A stretch of 64,000 nucleotides of DNA from positions 45,012,001 to 45,076,000 of the forward strand of contig NC_067399.1 of assembly GCF_016432865.1 (NCBI RefSeq), in the 5' to 3' direction. Of the stretch, positions 46,771 through 58,745 are shown in pieces (position 1 is the first letter of the stretch; every line of letters starts with the position of its first letter). The notes under the pieces are model-generated. The model was not told where the DNA came from and ran no database searches. It saw only the letters and a list, made by a program, of their open reading frames with translations. The stretch is from Antechinus flavipes. Lineage: Eukaryota. The position numbers and the translations under genes are program-made.

Positions 46771-47382
46771 CTTATTGAAGGAAAAAAGAATCCAGACATC
46801 AGGAATATCTGCCACCCCACATGTTCACACCTATCGCTCAGACACACAGTTTCATACTTCGTCTTGTGATGTGTGCCTGTTCTCATCAATCTCTCTCCTC
46901 TTCTATAAACTCTTATAAAGAAAATGGGAGTGAGTTTGCACACTGTCTTGATATATTTTTTTTTTGCTCACTTTTTCACTTACAAACTAAGGAGGGTAGG
47001 TAGCCAGCCTACTGCCCTCCACTGTCACACATTTCTCCTTTGGTTTTCAGTTCTCAACCAATCAGCTAGTTAACTAACCTCATATAGGAGGTGGGAAGAG
47101 GTGCCAAGGTGCAGGTGATTTGGGACTCTTATGAAATGTATGTTTTTAAAAGTGCTCAAAATGGAGAAAGAAGTGAACTTCGCTTCAATAAATGTGACAT
47201 GAAAGTAAAGTGGGTTTGGTAGGAAGATAGACAGGTTTGGATGTTGATTGGGAAGGATTTTCGATATAGCCTCTTACTGGGGAATGAAATCTGTGTGAAA
47301 AAGGATGGATATCTAGATTATAGAATGACAATCCAGGACTGTCCATTTCCCCCACCATTTTGCTGCTCTTCACTCTACTTAC

Positions 47383-47519
47383 CTTTTCTGCCGGCTGAAG
47401 GCTCTTCTTCTCAGCTGAACTGTGTCTTCTTGTAGGTGAGTCCTGTTGCAACGAATAATATCATATATCTTATCCCTGAGACTCTGGCTGTCCTCCTTGG
47501 GCTCATGGAAGCTGTCCTT
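47383..47519 (-). pseudogene. Repeat exon B, disabled
   Basis: A +2 nt frameshift (atatatga), and the pyrimidine tract upstream of the acceptor is deleted. Confidence 0.6.
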
Positions 47520-47813
47520 CTGCTTGCCCCATACATCAGTAATTATTTGTCACCTTAAGTGCTTACTCCTAGCACCCTGGGGCACGATCCCACACTTCAT
47601 TCATCCTGTGCTTTGTGGCCTTTTCTCATCAAGATCCTTCCTACAAATTCTTGCAATGAAAATTATGTGAGTTTGGGTGGAAAACAGCCTGTCATGTCTT
47701 TCTTTTTGCTCACTGTCTCCATCAAATAATAGGAATAAGGGTAGAATATAGGAAATAGAATTAGAATTAGAAATAGGAATAATTTAGGTGGGCTGCTCTT
47801 GGCTCTAGCTCAC

Positions 47814-47948
47814 CCTTTCTGCCTGCTGTTGGATGGTCTTCTCAGCAGAACTATGTCGTCTTGTGGGTGGTTCCCATTGTGATGGATAACAGTGCATCTT
47901 CTGGATACTCTGCTTGTAATCTTCGGGCTCACAGCATCGATCCTTCTC
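47814..47948 (-). CDS. Repeat exon C (135 nt, open): EKDRCCEPEDYKQSIQKMHCYPSQWEPPTRRHSSAEKTIQQQAER
   Basis: caagtag acceptor, GTGAGC donor, 45 codons with no stop. Confidence 0.55.
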
Positions 47949-48340
47949 CTACTTGTCATTGAAGAAAAGCTCCGGATAGTCAAGAATTACCTTCCACCTA
48001 AAACAGCCCATCCCCAACACCCCGAGTCCTACACACTGTCCTGTAATGTCTTGACCTATTCTCCTCCATCTCCTTGGCTGCTTCTACTATTCTCTTATAA
48101 AGCAAATGGGAGTGAGTTTGGTTGAAAAACTGTCTTGACTTTCTTTCCCCTTATGTACATAATAGGAATGAGTGTAGGGAATTCCTTGCCTCCTATTCCC
48201 CCCATTTCTCCTTTGATTTTCAGCTCTAAAACAACTAAGCAACTAACCAGTTAGCCAATCTCAAGTAGGAGATGGGAAAAGGTCATGTCAAGACCCAGGT
48301 AATTTGGGGCTCCATATATAATCTTTATTATTATTATTAT

Positions 48341-48455
48341 TTGCTGAGGCAATTGGGGTTAAGTGACTTGCCCAGGGTCACATAGCCAGGAAATGTTAAG
48401 TGTCTGAGGCCAGATTTGAACTCAGCTTCTCCTGACTTCAGGGCTGGTGCTCTGT
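48341..48455 (-). mobile_element. WSINE1-like SINE (5'-truncated) in an array intron
   Basis: ttgctgaggcaattggggttaagtgacttgcccagggtcaca...gatttgaactcag...cagggctggtgctct, with a (TTA)n tail and ctttattatt repeated on both sides. Confidence 0.8.
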
Positions 48456-48725
48456 AACCTTTATTATTAAAAGTCTCTCCTACATGGAGAAAACATTACC
48501 TTTGCCTTGGTGAATATGACTAAAGTCAGATTTCATTCACTTTGGTAGGACAGATAGAGATGAATGGTGACCAAGAAGCTTAAGAGTGAGCTTAGTCATA
48601 TATTTGAGGCTGGTTACACATTGCTGAGAGATACCTCTGTGACAAAGGATAGGTATCTAGTTTGCAGAATGACTCTCTAAACATAGCTGCTTCCCCACCA
48701 TTAAAGTGTTTTTGGATCTGCTCAC

Positions 48726-48854
48726 CTTTTCTGCCTGCTGTTGGAGCATCTTCTCAGGAGTGCTGAGTCTTCTTGTAGAGTCCCATTGTGATGAATAACA
48801 GTGTGACTTACACTGTACAATCTGGTTCTCATCCTCGTCATCATATGATTTGTC
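48726..48854 (-). CDS. Repeat exon D (129 nt, open): DKSYDDEDENQIVQCKSHCYSSQWDSTRRLSTPEKMLQQQAEK
   Basis: gaatag acceptor, GTGAGC donor, 43 codons. Confidence 0.5.
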
Positions 48855-49067
48855 CTATTCCTCATTTAAAAATAAAGTCACATACTTCAGGAATTAACTG
48901 CCACCTAAGTTGCTCACACCCATGGCTCTGAGCCACAGCCTCATACTTCAACCTTCTTGGCCTATTCTCATCAATCTCTTTGACCACTACAAACTCTGAC
49001 ATAGAAAACTGAATAGTGTTTATTTGGAAAAGTTTCTCAACTTTTTTTTTTTCTTTTCTAATTTTTT

Positions 49068-49203
49068 GGCTGAGCAATTGGGGTTAAGTGATTTGCCCAG
49101 GATCACACACAGCTAGGAAGTGTTAAGTGTTCTGAGGTCAGATTTGAACTCAGGACTTCCTGACAGGGCTGGTACTCCATCTACTGTGTCACCTAGCTGC
49201 CCC
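49068..49203 (-). mobile_element. WSINE1-like SINE in an array intron
   Basis: gctgagcaattggggttaagtgatttgcccagg...gatttgaactcagg...cacctagctgcccc, preceded by a T-rich tail. Confidence 0.8.
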
Positions 49204-49656
49204 TTTAACTTTCTTTAAAAAATTTTTTATTTCCTTATTCACTTTGTAGAAAACAGGGTTTGGTAGTCTTCTGCCCTCCACTCCCCCTGATTTCTATTTG
49301 GGATTCCAGATCTAAAACAACCAGCAATCAACAAGTTAGTCAGCCTCAAACAATAAGTGGGAAAAGATGGTGCAAAGCACCAGGGCCCTGGGAGTTACTA
49401 TGCTCTGTATTTTAAAGCACTCTTCTTATAGGGTAAAAATATTGACATCACTCAGTGTGTGTGACATGAAAACGAAACGTGGTTTTAGTAGAATAAGTAA
49501 GGTTGGAAACATGAGATTGGTGTCAAAGGATTTTAGGTATTTGCCACTTACTGAAGAATGATAGCTCTGTGACAAAGGAAAGATGTCTAGATTACAGAAT
49601 GAATTTTCTGAGCTCTCCCATTTCCCCACTATTTTGATGCTCTTGGCTCTGCTCAC

Positions 49657-49788
49657 CTTTTCTGCTTGCTGAAGGATCTTCTCAGCACAACTGTGTCCTC
49701 TTGTAGGTGAGTCCTGTTGTGATGGATAACAGTGCCTCTTATCTCTGAGACTCAGGGTGTCCTCCTCGGGCTCATAAAATCTGTCCAC
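49657..49788 (-). CDS. Repeat exon E (132 nt, open): VDRFYEPEEDTLSLRDKRHCYPSQQDSPTRGHSCAEKILQQAEK
   Basis: gagcag acceptor, GTGAGC donor, 44 codons. Confidence 0.55.
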
Positions 49789-50283
49789 CTGCTCATCATT
49801 GAAGAACAAAGCCTCAGACACATCAGGCATTAGTTGCCATTTTGAATGCTCATCCCTAACACCTGAGGCTCAATCCCACACTTAGACTTCTTGGCCTGTT
49901 CTTATTAATCTATTTGACTTCTCTAAACTCTTTAATAAATAACTGGAGTGAGTTTATAAAACTGTTGTGACTTTTGTTTAACTTTCTCATTCTTATTATA
50001 GGAACAAGTATAGGTAGCCTCCTGCCCTCCACACCCACCGGTTTCTATTTTGATTTCCAGATCCAAACAGCAATCAAGAAGTTAGCCAAACTCAAATAGG
50101 AAGTAAAAAGGCGTGTAAAGCTCCAGGTGGTTTTATGCTTTTTGATTTGGATTTGTTATTTTATAATTCTCTAGATTGTAAAAGTCTTGATCTTTGTCAA
50201 CATGACAGGTGGTCTAGATTACAGAATAGCTGTTCAGATCTGTTCCCTGTTTCTGCAATTGAGTTGCTCTTGGGTCTGCTCAC

Positions 50284-50418
50284 CTTTTCTGCCTGCTGAA
50301 GGGTCTTCTCAACAGTACTGAGACTTCTAGAAGATGACTCCCGTGGCAGTAGATAATGTTGTATCTTATCCCAGAAATTCATGCTGTCATTTTTGGACCC
50401 ATAGTAACTATCCTCCTC
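50284..50418 (-). CDS. Repeat exon F (135 nt, open): EEDSYYGSKNDSMNFWDKIQHYLLPRESSSRSLSTVEKTLQQAEK
   Basis: caagtag acceptor, GTGAGC donor, 45 codons. Confidence 0.55.
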
Positions 50419-51028
50419 CTACTTGTCATTGAAGAACAAAGCCTCAGACATCAGAAATTATCCACTACCTAAAATGCTCACCCCCTCCCCCCGCCCCCAG
50501 CACCCTGAGGCACAGTCCCACACTTCATTCTGTGATGTGTTTGCCCTTTTTTTTTTTTTTTTTTTTTTAAAACGAAGTCTTGCAAAGAAAGTGGAAGTGA
50601 GTTTGGTTGGAAAACTGACTCTTGAAGACTTTTTCTAATTTCCTCATCCCTGTGGAGCAGTGGGAATAGGCAGCCTCATGGTCTCCACTCCCACTCATTT
50701 TCTCCTTTGGTTGTCAGCTCTAATACAACTAGGTAACCAACTAGGTAGGTTGAAAGAGCAAGTATGAAAAGCTGGTGCAAAAGTCCAGGTGAAAATACTG
50801 ACCATTGCCTTAGTGAGTGTGACACAGAAGTAATATCTGGCATTGGTGGAGAGATAAGTCAGGTTGGATGTTCACCAGGAAAGGTAGGAGGGAGCTTGGT
50901 CGTAGGATTTTAGATTTAGTCACTAACTGGGGAACAACAGGTGTATGACAGGATTGTCTAGATTTCATGACGATTCAGAGTTTTCCTTCCCCTTTCTCCA
51001 CCATTTTGGTGTTCTTGGCTCTGCTCAC

Positions 51029-51163
51029 CTTTTCTGCCTTCTGAAGGATCATCTTTTCAGCAAGACTAAGTCTTCTTGTAGATGAGTCCCGTTCCAATGG
51101 ATAGCATTGACTCTTATCTCTGAGAATCAAGCTGTCATCCTCAGACTCAGAGGATATATTTTC
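51029..51163 (-). CDS. Repeat exon G (135 nt, open): ENISSESEDDSLILRDKSQCYPLERDSSTRRLSLAEKMILQKAEK
   Basis: gaatag acceptor, GTGAGC donor, 45 codons. Confidence 0.55.
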
Positions 51164-51812
51164 CTATTCATCATGGAAAAACAAAGTCCCAGACAGCAGC
51201 ACTTACCTGCCAGCTAAAATTTTCACCTCCCCCCAATATCTTGAGCTACAGAGCCCCATACTTGATTCTGTGACTTCCTTGGCCTGTTCTCATTAGTCTC
51301 TTTGGTTTCTTGTACAAACTCTTACAAAGAAAATGGGAGGGCGTTTAGCCAGAAAATTGACTGTTTTTCTTTTTCCAAAATCCTTACATAAAGAGTTGAA
51401 GGAAAGAAAGTAGGTAGTAAGCCTCCTTTTCTCCTTTGATATTCAGTTCCTAACCATGTAACTAACAGGTAATGAACCTCAAATAGGAAGTAGGAAAAGA
51501 TGTGGCAAACATCCAGGTGATCTGGCACTCTTATTTTAGAGCTCTGTATTTTAAAACACTCTCCCTGCATGGTAAAGGTACTCACCATTGCCTCAGGGAG
51601 AGTGACATGGAAGCAAAACCTGGATTTGGGAAGAGGATAAATTAGGTTGGATGATGACCAGGAAGCCTATGAGACTGGTCACAGGATTTTAGGTGTTAAT
51701 TACTCACAGAAGAATGATAGCTCTGTGATAAAGGATAGATGTCTAAATTACAGAATAAGTGTTTAGAGCTTTGTCCTTTCCCAACTATTGTGGGGCTTTT
51801 GGCTCTACTTAC

Positions 51813-51935
51813 CCTTTCTGCCTCCATAAGAATCTTCTTCTCAGCAGAACTGAGTTTTCTGGAAAATAAGTCCTGTGGCAATGGATAATATTGTGTCTTA
51901 TCCCTGAGAATCAGTTTGTCCTCCTTGGCCACATA
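51813..51935 (-). pseudogene. Repeat exon H, acceptor deleted
   Basis: The remaining frame is open and the donor is GTAAGT, but the pyrimidine tract, AG and first codons are deleted and I found no phase-0 AG nearby. Confidence 0.5.
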
Positions 51936-52529
51936 GGTTGATATCCCAGATATCAGGAATTACCCACTACCTAAAATGGTCACCCCCAGCACCCTGAGGC
52001 ACAGTCCCACACTTCATTCTGTGATGTGTTTGCCCTTTTCTTACCAGGTCTTGCAAAGAAAGTGGAAGTGAGTTTGGTTGGAAAACTGACTGCCTTGATT
52101 TTTTCTAATTTCCTCATCCCTGTGGAGCAGTGGGAATAGGCAGCCTCATGGCCTTTACTCCCACCAAGCTCTAATACAACTAGGAAACCAACTAGGTAGC
52201 CCAGTTGAAAGAGCAAGTATGAAAAGCTAGTGCAAAAGTCCAGGTACTTGTTACTATATTTGGGTCTGACATTCTCCTGACATTGTGAAAACATTGACCA
52301 TTGGCGCCTCAGTGAGTGAGACACAGAGGTAATATGTAGTGGGGAGACAAGTCAGGTTGGATGCTCACCAGGAAAGGTAGGAGGGAGCTTAGTATAGGAT
52401 TTTAGGTTTAAGTCACTGACTGGGTAATGACAGGTGTATGATGGGATGGGTGTCTAGATTACAGAGTGACTGTTCAGAGCTTTCTCCTTTTTACCCCCAT
52501 TTTGGTGATCATCTTTTTTGTCTGCTCAC

Positions 52530-52667
52530 CTTTTTTGCCTGCTGAAGGATTTTCTTCTCAGCAGCACTAAGTTTTCTTGTAGATGAGTCCCGTTCCAATA
52601 GATAGTATTGCATTTTATTTCTGAGAATCAGGTTGTCATCCTCGGGCTCATTGGATCTATCCTTCTC
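52530..52667 (-). CDS. Repeat exon I (138 nt, open): EKDRSNEPEDDNLILRNKMQYYLLERDSSTRKLSAAEKKILQQAKK
   Basis: gagtag acceptor, GTGAGC donor, 46 codons. Confidence 0.55.
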
Positions 52668-52791
52668 CTACTCATCATGGAATAACAAAGTCCCAGACAT
52701 TCCAAGTTACCTGCCAGCTTAAATTCTCACCCTCCCAATATCCTGAGCTATAGCCCCAAAACTTCATTCTACGACTTTTTGACTTATTCTC

Positions 52792-53483
52792 TTTTTAATA
52801 ATTTTTTATTTCTTTTTTCTGGTTATACATATATTAACTTTTTTTTTTTTTTTTAAATACACATTTTTAATGAGTTATGTTGGGAGAGAAAAATAAAGTG
52901 AAAAACCATGAGAGAAAAAAAACAGAAAAAAGAAGTGAATGTAGTATGTATTGATTTACATTCAATATCCGTAGTTCTTTTTATGGATGCAGATGGAGTT
53001 TTCTCTCTAAAGTTTGTTGGAATTGGCTTGAATCATTAAAGCACTGAGAAGAATCAAGTCTTTCATAGTTGATCATCACACAATCTTGCTGTTACTATGT
53101 ACAATGTAGTCCTGGTTCTGCTTGTTTTGCTCAGTATCAGTTCATGTAAATCTTTTCCAGGCCTTTCTAAAATCATCCTGTTCATCATTTTTTTTTTTTT
53201 TTAACAAAACAATGATAATCCATTACCTTCATATGCCACAACTTAATCATTACCCACTTGATGGGCATCTACTCATTTTCCAATTCTTTGCTACCTTAAA
53301 GAGAGCTGCTACAAAACTTTTTGCATTTTTACCCTCTATTATGATTTCCTTGGGATACAGACCCAGTAACAACACTGTTGTGTCAAAGGCATGCAGAGTT
53401 TTATAGCTCTTTGGGCATAGTTCCAGATTGCTCTTCAGAATGGTTGGATCATTTCACAGCTCCCCCAACAAATGCATTAGAGT
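52792..53483 (-). mobile_element. 5'-truncated L1 3' end inserted into one array unit, with a 19-bp TSD
   Basis: T-rich tail at the left end and marsupial L1 3' sequence (gggcatctactcattttccaattctttgc...gttccagattgctcttcagaatggttggatc). TSD gactttttgacttattctc (52773-52791) versus gactttttaacttattctc (53484-53502). Confidence 0.85.
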
Positions 53484-53919
53484 GACTTTTTAACTTATTC
53501 TCATCAGTTTCTTTGATCTTTGTACCAACTCTTGCAAAGAAAATGGGAGGGGGTTTAGCAGAAAATTGACTATTTTTCCAAAATCCTTACATATAGAGTT
53601 GAGGAAGGAAAAGTAGGTAGTTAGCCTCCTTTTCTCCACTCCCACCCATTTCTCCTTTGGTATTCAATTCTTAAACAAGTAACCAATAGGTAATGGAACC
53701 TGAAATAAGAAGCAAAACCTGGATTTGGGAAGAGGATAAGTGAAGGTTGGATGATGACCAGGAAGCCTATGAGAGAGCCTGGTCATAGGATTTTAGGTGT
53801 TAACTACTTACTGGAGAATGATATTCTCTATGACAAAGGATAGATGTCTAGATTACAGAATGAGTGTTTAGAGCTTTGCCCTTTCTCCCCACCATTGTGG
53901 TGCTTTTGGCTCTACTTAC

Positions 53920-54059
53920 CTTTTTTGTATGCTTAAAAATCTTCTTCTCAGCAATACTGAATTTTCTGGAAATTAAGTCCTGTAGCAATGAATAATATTG
54001 TGTCTTATCCCTGAGAATGAAGTTGTCTCATCCTTGGCCATATAGGAATTATCCTTCTC
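53920..54059 (-). pseudogene. Repeat exon J, disabled
   Basis: Acceptor TAG changed to TAA and a +2 nt insertion (gatgagacaac), giving 140 nt. Confidence 0.6.
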
Positions 54060-54657
54060 TTACTTGTCATTGAAGAACAAAGCCCCAGACATCAGGAATT
54101 GCCCACTATCTAAAATGCTCAACCTCCTCCCCCCCAACACCCTGAGGCACAGTCCCACACTTCATTCTGTGATGTGTTTGCCCTTTTCTTACCAGGTCTT
54201 GCAAAGAAAGTGGAAGTGAGTTTGGTTGGAAAACTGACTGCCTTGACTTTTTCTAATTTCCTCATCCCTGTGGAGCAGTGGGAATAGGCAGCCTCATGGC
54301 CTCCACTCCCACTCATTTTCTCCTTTGGTTGTCAGCTCTAATACAACTAGGTAACCAACTAGGTAGCCAAGTTGAAAGAGCAAATATGAAAAGCTGGTGC
54401 AAAAGTCCAGGTGAAAAAACTGACCATTGTGCCTCAGTGAGTATGACACAGAAGTAATATCTGGCATTGGTGAAGAGATAAGTCAGGTTTGGCTGTTCAC
54501 CAGGAAAGGTAGGAGGGAGCTTGGTCATAGGATTTTAGGTTTAAGCAACTGACTGGGGAATGTCAAGTGTATGATGGGATGGGTGTCTAGATTAAAGAGT
54601 GACTGTTCAGAGCTTTGTCCTTTTTATCCCCATTTTGGTGATCTTAGGTCTGCTCAC

Positions 54658-54759
54658 CTTTTCTGGCTGCTGAAGCATCATCTTCTCAGGAGCACTAAGT
54701 GTTCTTGTACATGAGTCCTGTTGCACTGGATAATATTCGTGCTTTTTCGATCTGTCCCC
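54658..54759 (-). CDS. Repeat exon K (102 nt, open, in-frame 36-nt deletion): GDRSKKHEYYPVQQDSCTRTLSAPEKMMLQQPEK
   Basis: gaatag acceptor, GTGAGC donor, 34 codons. Confidence 0.5.
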
Positions 54760-55027
54760 CTATTCATCATTCAAGAAACAAAATTCCAGATGACAGTTAA
54801 CTTACGGCTTCAGTGCTCACCATCAAAGCCCTGAGCCATAGTCCCACCCTTCATCCTGTAATTTAAGTAAGATTTGATAATGACCGAGAAGGCTATGAGT
54901 GAGCTTGGTCATAGGATTTTTAGGTATTAACTGCTGAAGAATGATAGCTCTGTGATAAAGGACAAATGTCCAGATTACAGAATGAGTGTTCATAGCTTTC
55001 CCCTTTGCTCACCACTTTGGTGCTCAC

Positions 55028-55165
55028 CTTTTCTATTTGCTGAAGGATGATTTTCTCAGTAGCACTAAGTCTTCTTGTAGATGAGCCCCGTTGCAATGAA
55101 TAGTATTGTATCTTATCCCTGACAATAAGGTTGTCATCCTCGGACTCAGAGGATCGGTCTTCCTC
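55028..55165 (-). CDS. Repeat exon L (138 nt, open): EEDRSSESEDDNLIVRDKIQYYSLQRGSSTRRLSATEKIILQQIEK
   Basis: gagtag acceptor, GTGAGC donor, 46 codons. Confidence 0.55.
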
Positions 55166-55837
55166 CTACTCATCATGGAAGAACAAAGTCCCAGATATTC
55201 AGGACTTACCTGCAAGTTGAAATTCTTACTCCTCCCCGCCCCCCCCCCCCCCCCCCCCCATACCCTGAGCCATAGTCCTAAACTTCATCCTGTGATTTCT
55301 TAGCCTGTTCTTACCAGTCTTTCTGATCTCTGGTACAAACACTAAAAAAAGAACTGGGAGTAAGTGGTTGAAAAAGTGACTCTTCACTTTTCCCAAATTT
55401 CTTCCTTTACCAAAGAATGGCCAGAGTAGGTAGCCTCATGTCCTTCACTTGCATCCAGTTCTCTCTTGTTTTTCAGCTCTAAAATAACCACGTAATAGAT
55501 AGCTAATCTCAAAGAAGTGGAAAAATGGTGGTTCAAAGGTCCAGGTGATTTAATGCTCCTGTTTTAGGACTTTTTTATTTTCAAAGCCTTTCCTACCTTT
55601 TGAAAGGATTGACCATTTCCCTCAGTGAGAATGACATGGAAGCGAAACTCACATTTGGTAGGAAAATAAGTAATGTTGGGTGATAAGCAGAAAGCCAAGG
55701 AGTGAGCTTGGTCATAAAATATTAGGTGTTAGCTACTTAATAAGAATGATAATTCTGTAATAAAGGATAATTGCCTAGATTATAAAATGACTGTTCAAGC
55801 TATGCCCTTTCCCACTATTGTGGTGCTCTTTGCTCAC

Positions 55838-55970
55838 CTTTTCTGCCTCTACAAGGGTCTTCTTCTCAGGTACACTAAGTCTTCTTGTGGATAAGTCCTG
55901 TTGCAATGGGGAATTGTGTCAAATCTCTGAGAATCAGGTTGTCATCTTTAGAGTCTTAGGATCTATCCTT
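55838..55970 (-). pseudogene. Repeat exon M, disabled
   Basis: In-frame TAA at 55958-55956 plus a -2 frameshift (133 nt). Confidence 0.65.
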
Positions 55971-56525
55971 CTACTCATTATGGAAGAACAAAGTCCCAGA
56001 CATCAGCTGTTACCTGTCAGCTAAAATCCTTCCTTCCTTCCTTCATCTCTAAATACCCTGAGCTATAGTGCCATATTCTGTGACTTTTTGCCCTATTCTC
56101 ATCAATCTGTTTTGACCTTTTCTACAAACACTTGCAAAGAAAATGGGAGTAAGTTTGACTGAGAAATGAACTGTTTTGAGTTTCTTTTTCCAAATTTCCT
56201 TACTCATTGAAGAGCAGTGAAAGTAGGTACTTCTCATGCCTTTCATCCTTACCTATTTCTCCTTTGGTTTTCAGTTCTAAAACGACTGTTTTAGTAATGA
56301 ACTAGGTAACTAAACTCAAGGAAGAAGTATGAAAAGCTGGTGTGAAGGTCCCGATGGTTGCGTTTTCCTATATATGGACTCTCACACTCTTCTTACATGG
56401 TGAAAATATTGACCATTTCCCTCAATGGGTGTGACGTGGAAATAGTACTTGGCATTGGTGGGAGATAGGAAAGATTGTTTCCTGTTTATCAAGAAAAGTA
56501 GAAGTGAGTTTGGTCATAGGATTTT

Positions 56526-57159
56526 AGGTTTTAGCCACTGATTGGGGAATGATAGCTGTATAATAGGATGGTATCTAGAATATATAAGAACTGTTCAGAG
56601 CTTTACCCTCCCCCCATTGGCTTATCACCCAACATTACTTATTTTCCTACCAAATGTGAGTTTCGCTTCCATGTCATTCTCACTGAGGGCAATGGTCAAT
56701 CCTTTCAAAAGGTAGGAAAGGCTTTGAAAATAAAAAAGTCCTAAAACAGGAGCATTAAATCACCTGGACCTTTGAACCACCATTTTTCCACTTCTTCTTT
56801 GAGATTAGCTATCTATTACGTGGTTATTTTAGAGCTGAAAAACAAGAGAGAACTGGATGCAAGTGAAGGACATGAGGCTACCTACTCTGGCCATTCTTTG
56901 GTAAAGGAAGAAATTTGGGAAAAGTGAAGAGTCACTTCAGGTTTTAGCCACTGATTGGGGAATGATAGCTGTATAATAGGATGGTATCTAGAATATATAA
57001 GAACTGTTCAAAGCTTTACCCTCCCCCTCCATTGCAACAGGACTTATCCACAAGAAGACTTAGTGTACCTGAGAAGAAGACCCTTGTAGAGGCAGAAAAG
57101 GTGAGCAAAGAGCACCACAATAGTGGGAAAGGGCATAGCTTGAACAGTCATTTTATAAT
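56526..57159. repeat. Complex local rearrangement: direct duplication 56526-56619/56939-57034 plus two inverted templated copies (56620-56937 of 55374-55688; 57029-57159 of 55779-55909)
   Basis: The inverted segments are near-identical reverse complements of their sources by eye. The first differs by a 3-bp indel and one substitution, and I saw no difference in the second. Confidence 0.85.
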
Positions 57160-57177
57160 GCTCTTGGGTCTGCTCAC

Positions 57178-57315
57178 CTTTTCTGCCTGCTGGAGGATCT
57201 TCTTCTCAGCAGCACTAAGTTTTCTTATAGATGAGCCCCGTCGAAATGAAGAGGATGGAGTCTTATCCTTGACAATGAGGTGGTCATCTTCGGATTCAGA
57301 GGATTGGTCCTCCTC
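57178..57315 (-). CDS. Repeat exon N (138 nt, open): EEDQSSESEDDHLIVKDKTPSSSFRRGSSIRKLSAAEKKILQQAEK
   Basis: gagtag acceptor, GTGAGC donor, 46 codons. Confidence 0.55.
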
Positions 57316-57845
57316 CTACTCATCATGGAAGAACAAAGTAGACATCAGAACTTATTGTCAGCTAAAATTCTTACCCTCAATATCCTGAGCTATAGTCCTA
57401 CACTTCCATCCTGTGACTTTTGGGCCTGTTTTCATCAATCTCTTTGATCTTTGGTACAAACACTAGCAAAAATGAGTGGTTGGAAAAGCGACTTCACTTT
57501 TCCAAAATTTCTTCCTTTACCAAAGAATGGCCAGAATGCCCTTTATTTCTACCCATTTCTCTTTTGATCTTCAGCTCTAAAATAACTAAGTAACTAAGCT
57601 ACCTTTGAAAGTATTTACCATTGTCCTCAGTGAGAGTGACATGGAAGTGAAACTCACATTTGGTAGGAGGATCAGTGATGTTGGATGATGAACAGAAAGC
57701 CAAGGAGTGAGCTTGGTCATAAGATATTGGGTATTAATTACTTAATAGAAGATCTTAGCTCTGTGATAAAGGATAATTGCCTCAGTTACAGAATGACTGT
57801 TCAGAGCTGTGCTCTTTCCCCACTATTGTGGTGTTCTTTGCTCAC

Positions 57846-57982
57846 CTTTTCAGTTTGTGGAAGGCTCCTCTTCTTAGGTGCACTAAGTCTTCTTATTGAT
57901 GAGTCCTGTTGCAATGGAGAATTGTGTCTTATCCCTGAAAATCAGGTTGTCATCCTTAAGAGTCTTAGGATCTATCCTTTTC
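57846..57982 (-). pseudogene. Repeat exon O, disabled
   Basis: Same in-frame TAA as copy M (57967-57965) plus frameshifts (137 nt). Confidence 0.65.
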
Positions 57983-58607
57983 CTACTCATCATGGAAGAA
58001 CTAAGTCCCAGACATCAGCTGTTACCTGTCAGCTAAAATTCTCCATTCCTTCTCCCTAATACCCTGAACCATAGTCCCACACCTTTATTTTGTGACTTTT
58101 TGGCCTATTCTCCTGAATTTCTTTGATCTTTTCTACAGACACTTGCAAAGAAAATGGGAGTGGGTTTGGCTGAGACATGGACTGTTTTGACTTTTTCCAA
58201 ACTTCCCAACTTATTGAGATTAGGTACCTTCATGCCTTCCACCCTCACCCATTTCTCCTTCAGTTCTAAGACAATTAAGTAACCAACTAAGTAGCTAAAC
58301 TCAAAGAGGAAGTATGAAAAGCTGGTATGATGGTCCAAGTGGTTGGGTATATTTGGGCTCTCACTCTCTCCCTACATGGTGAAAATATTGATCACTGCCT
58401 CAGTAGGTGTGACATGGAAGTAAAACTTGGCATTGGTGGGAGATAAATAAGAGGTTGGTTATTCACTAGGAAATGTAGGAAGGAGCTTTCTCATAAGATT
58501 TTAGGATTTAGCCACTGATTGGGGAATGACAGATGTATGACAGATTACAGAAGACTGTTCAGAGCTTTCTACTTTCCCCACCATTTTGTGCTCTTGGGTT
58601 AGCTCAC

Positions 58608-58745
58608 CTTTTCTGCCTGCTGAAGGGTCCTCCTCTCAGGAGCACTAAATTTTCTTGATGATGAGCGCCGTAGATAGGGACAGCATGAGGTCTTATCCCT
58701 GACAATCACTTTGTCATCCTCAGAGTCAGAGGATCGGTCTTCCTC
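58608..58745 (-). CDS. Repeat exon P (138 nt, open): EEDRSSDSEDDKVIVRDKTSCCPYLRRSSSRKFSAPERRTLQQAEK
   Basis: gagtag acceptor, GTGAGC donor, 46 codons. Confidence 0.55.
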
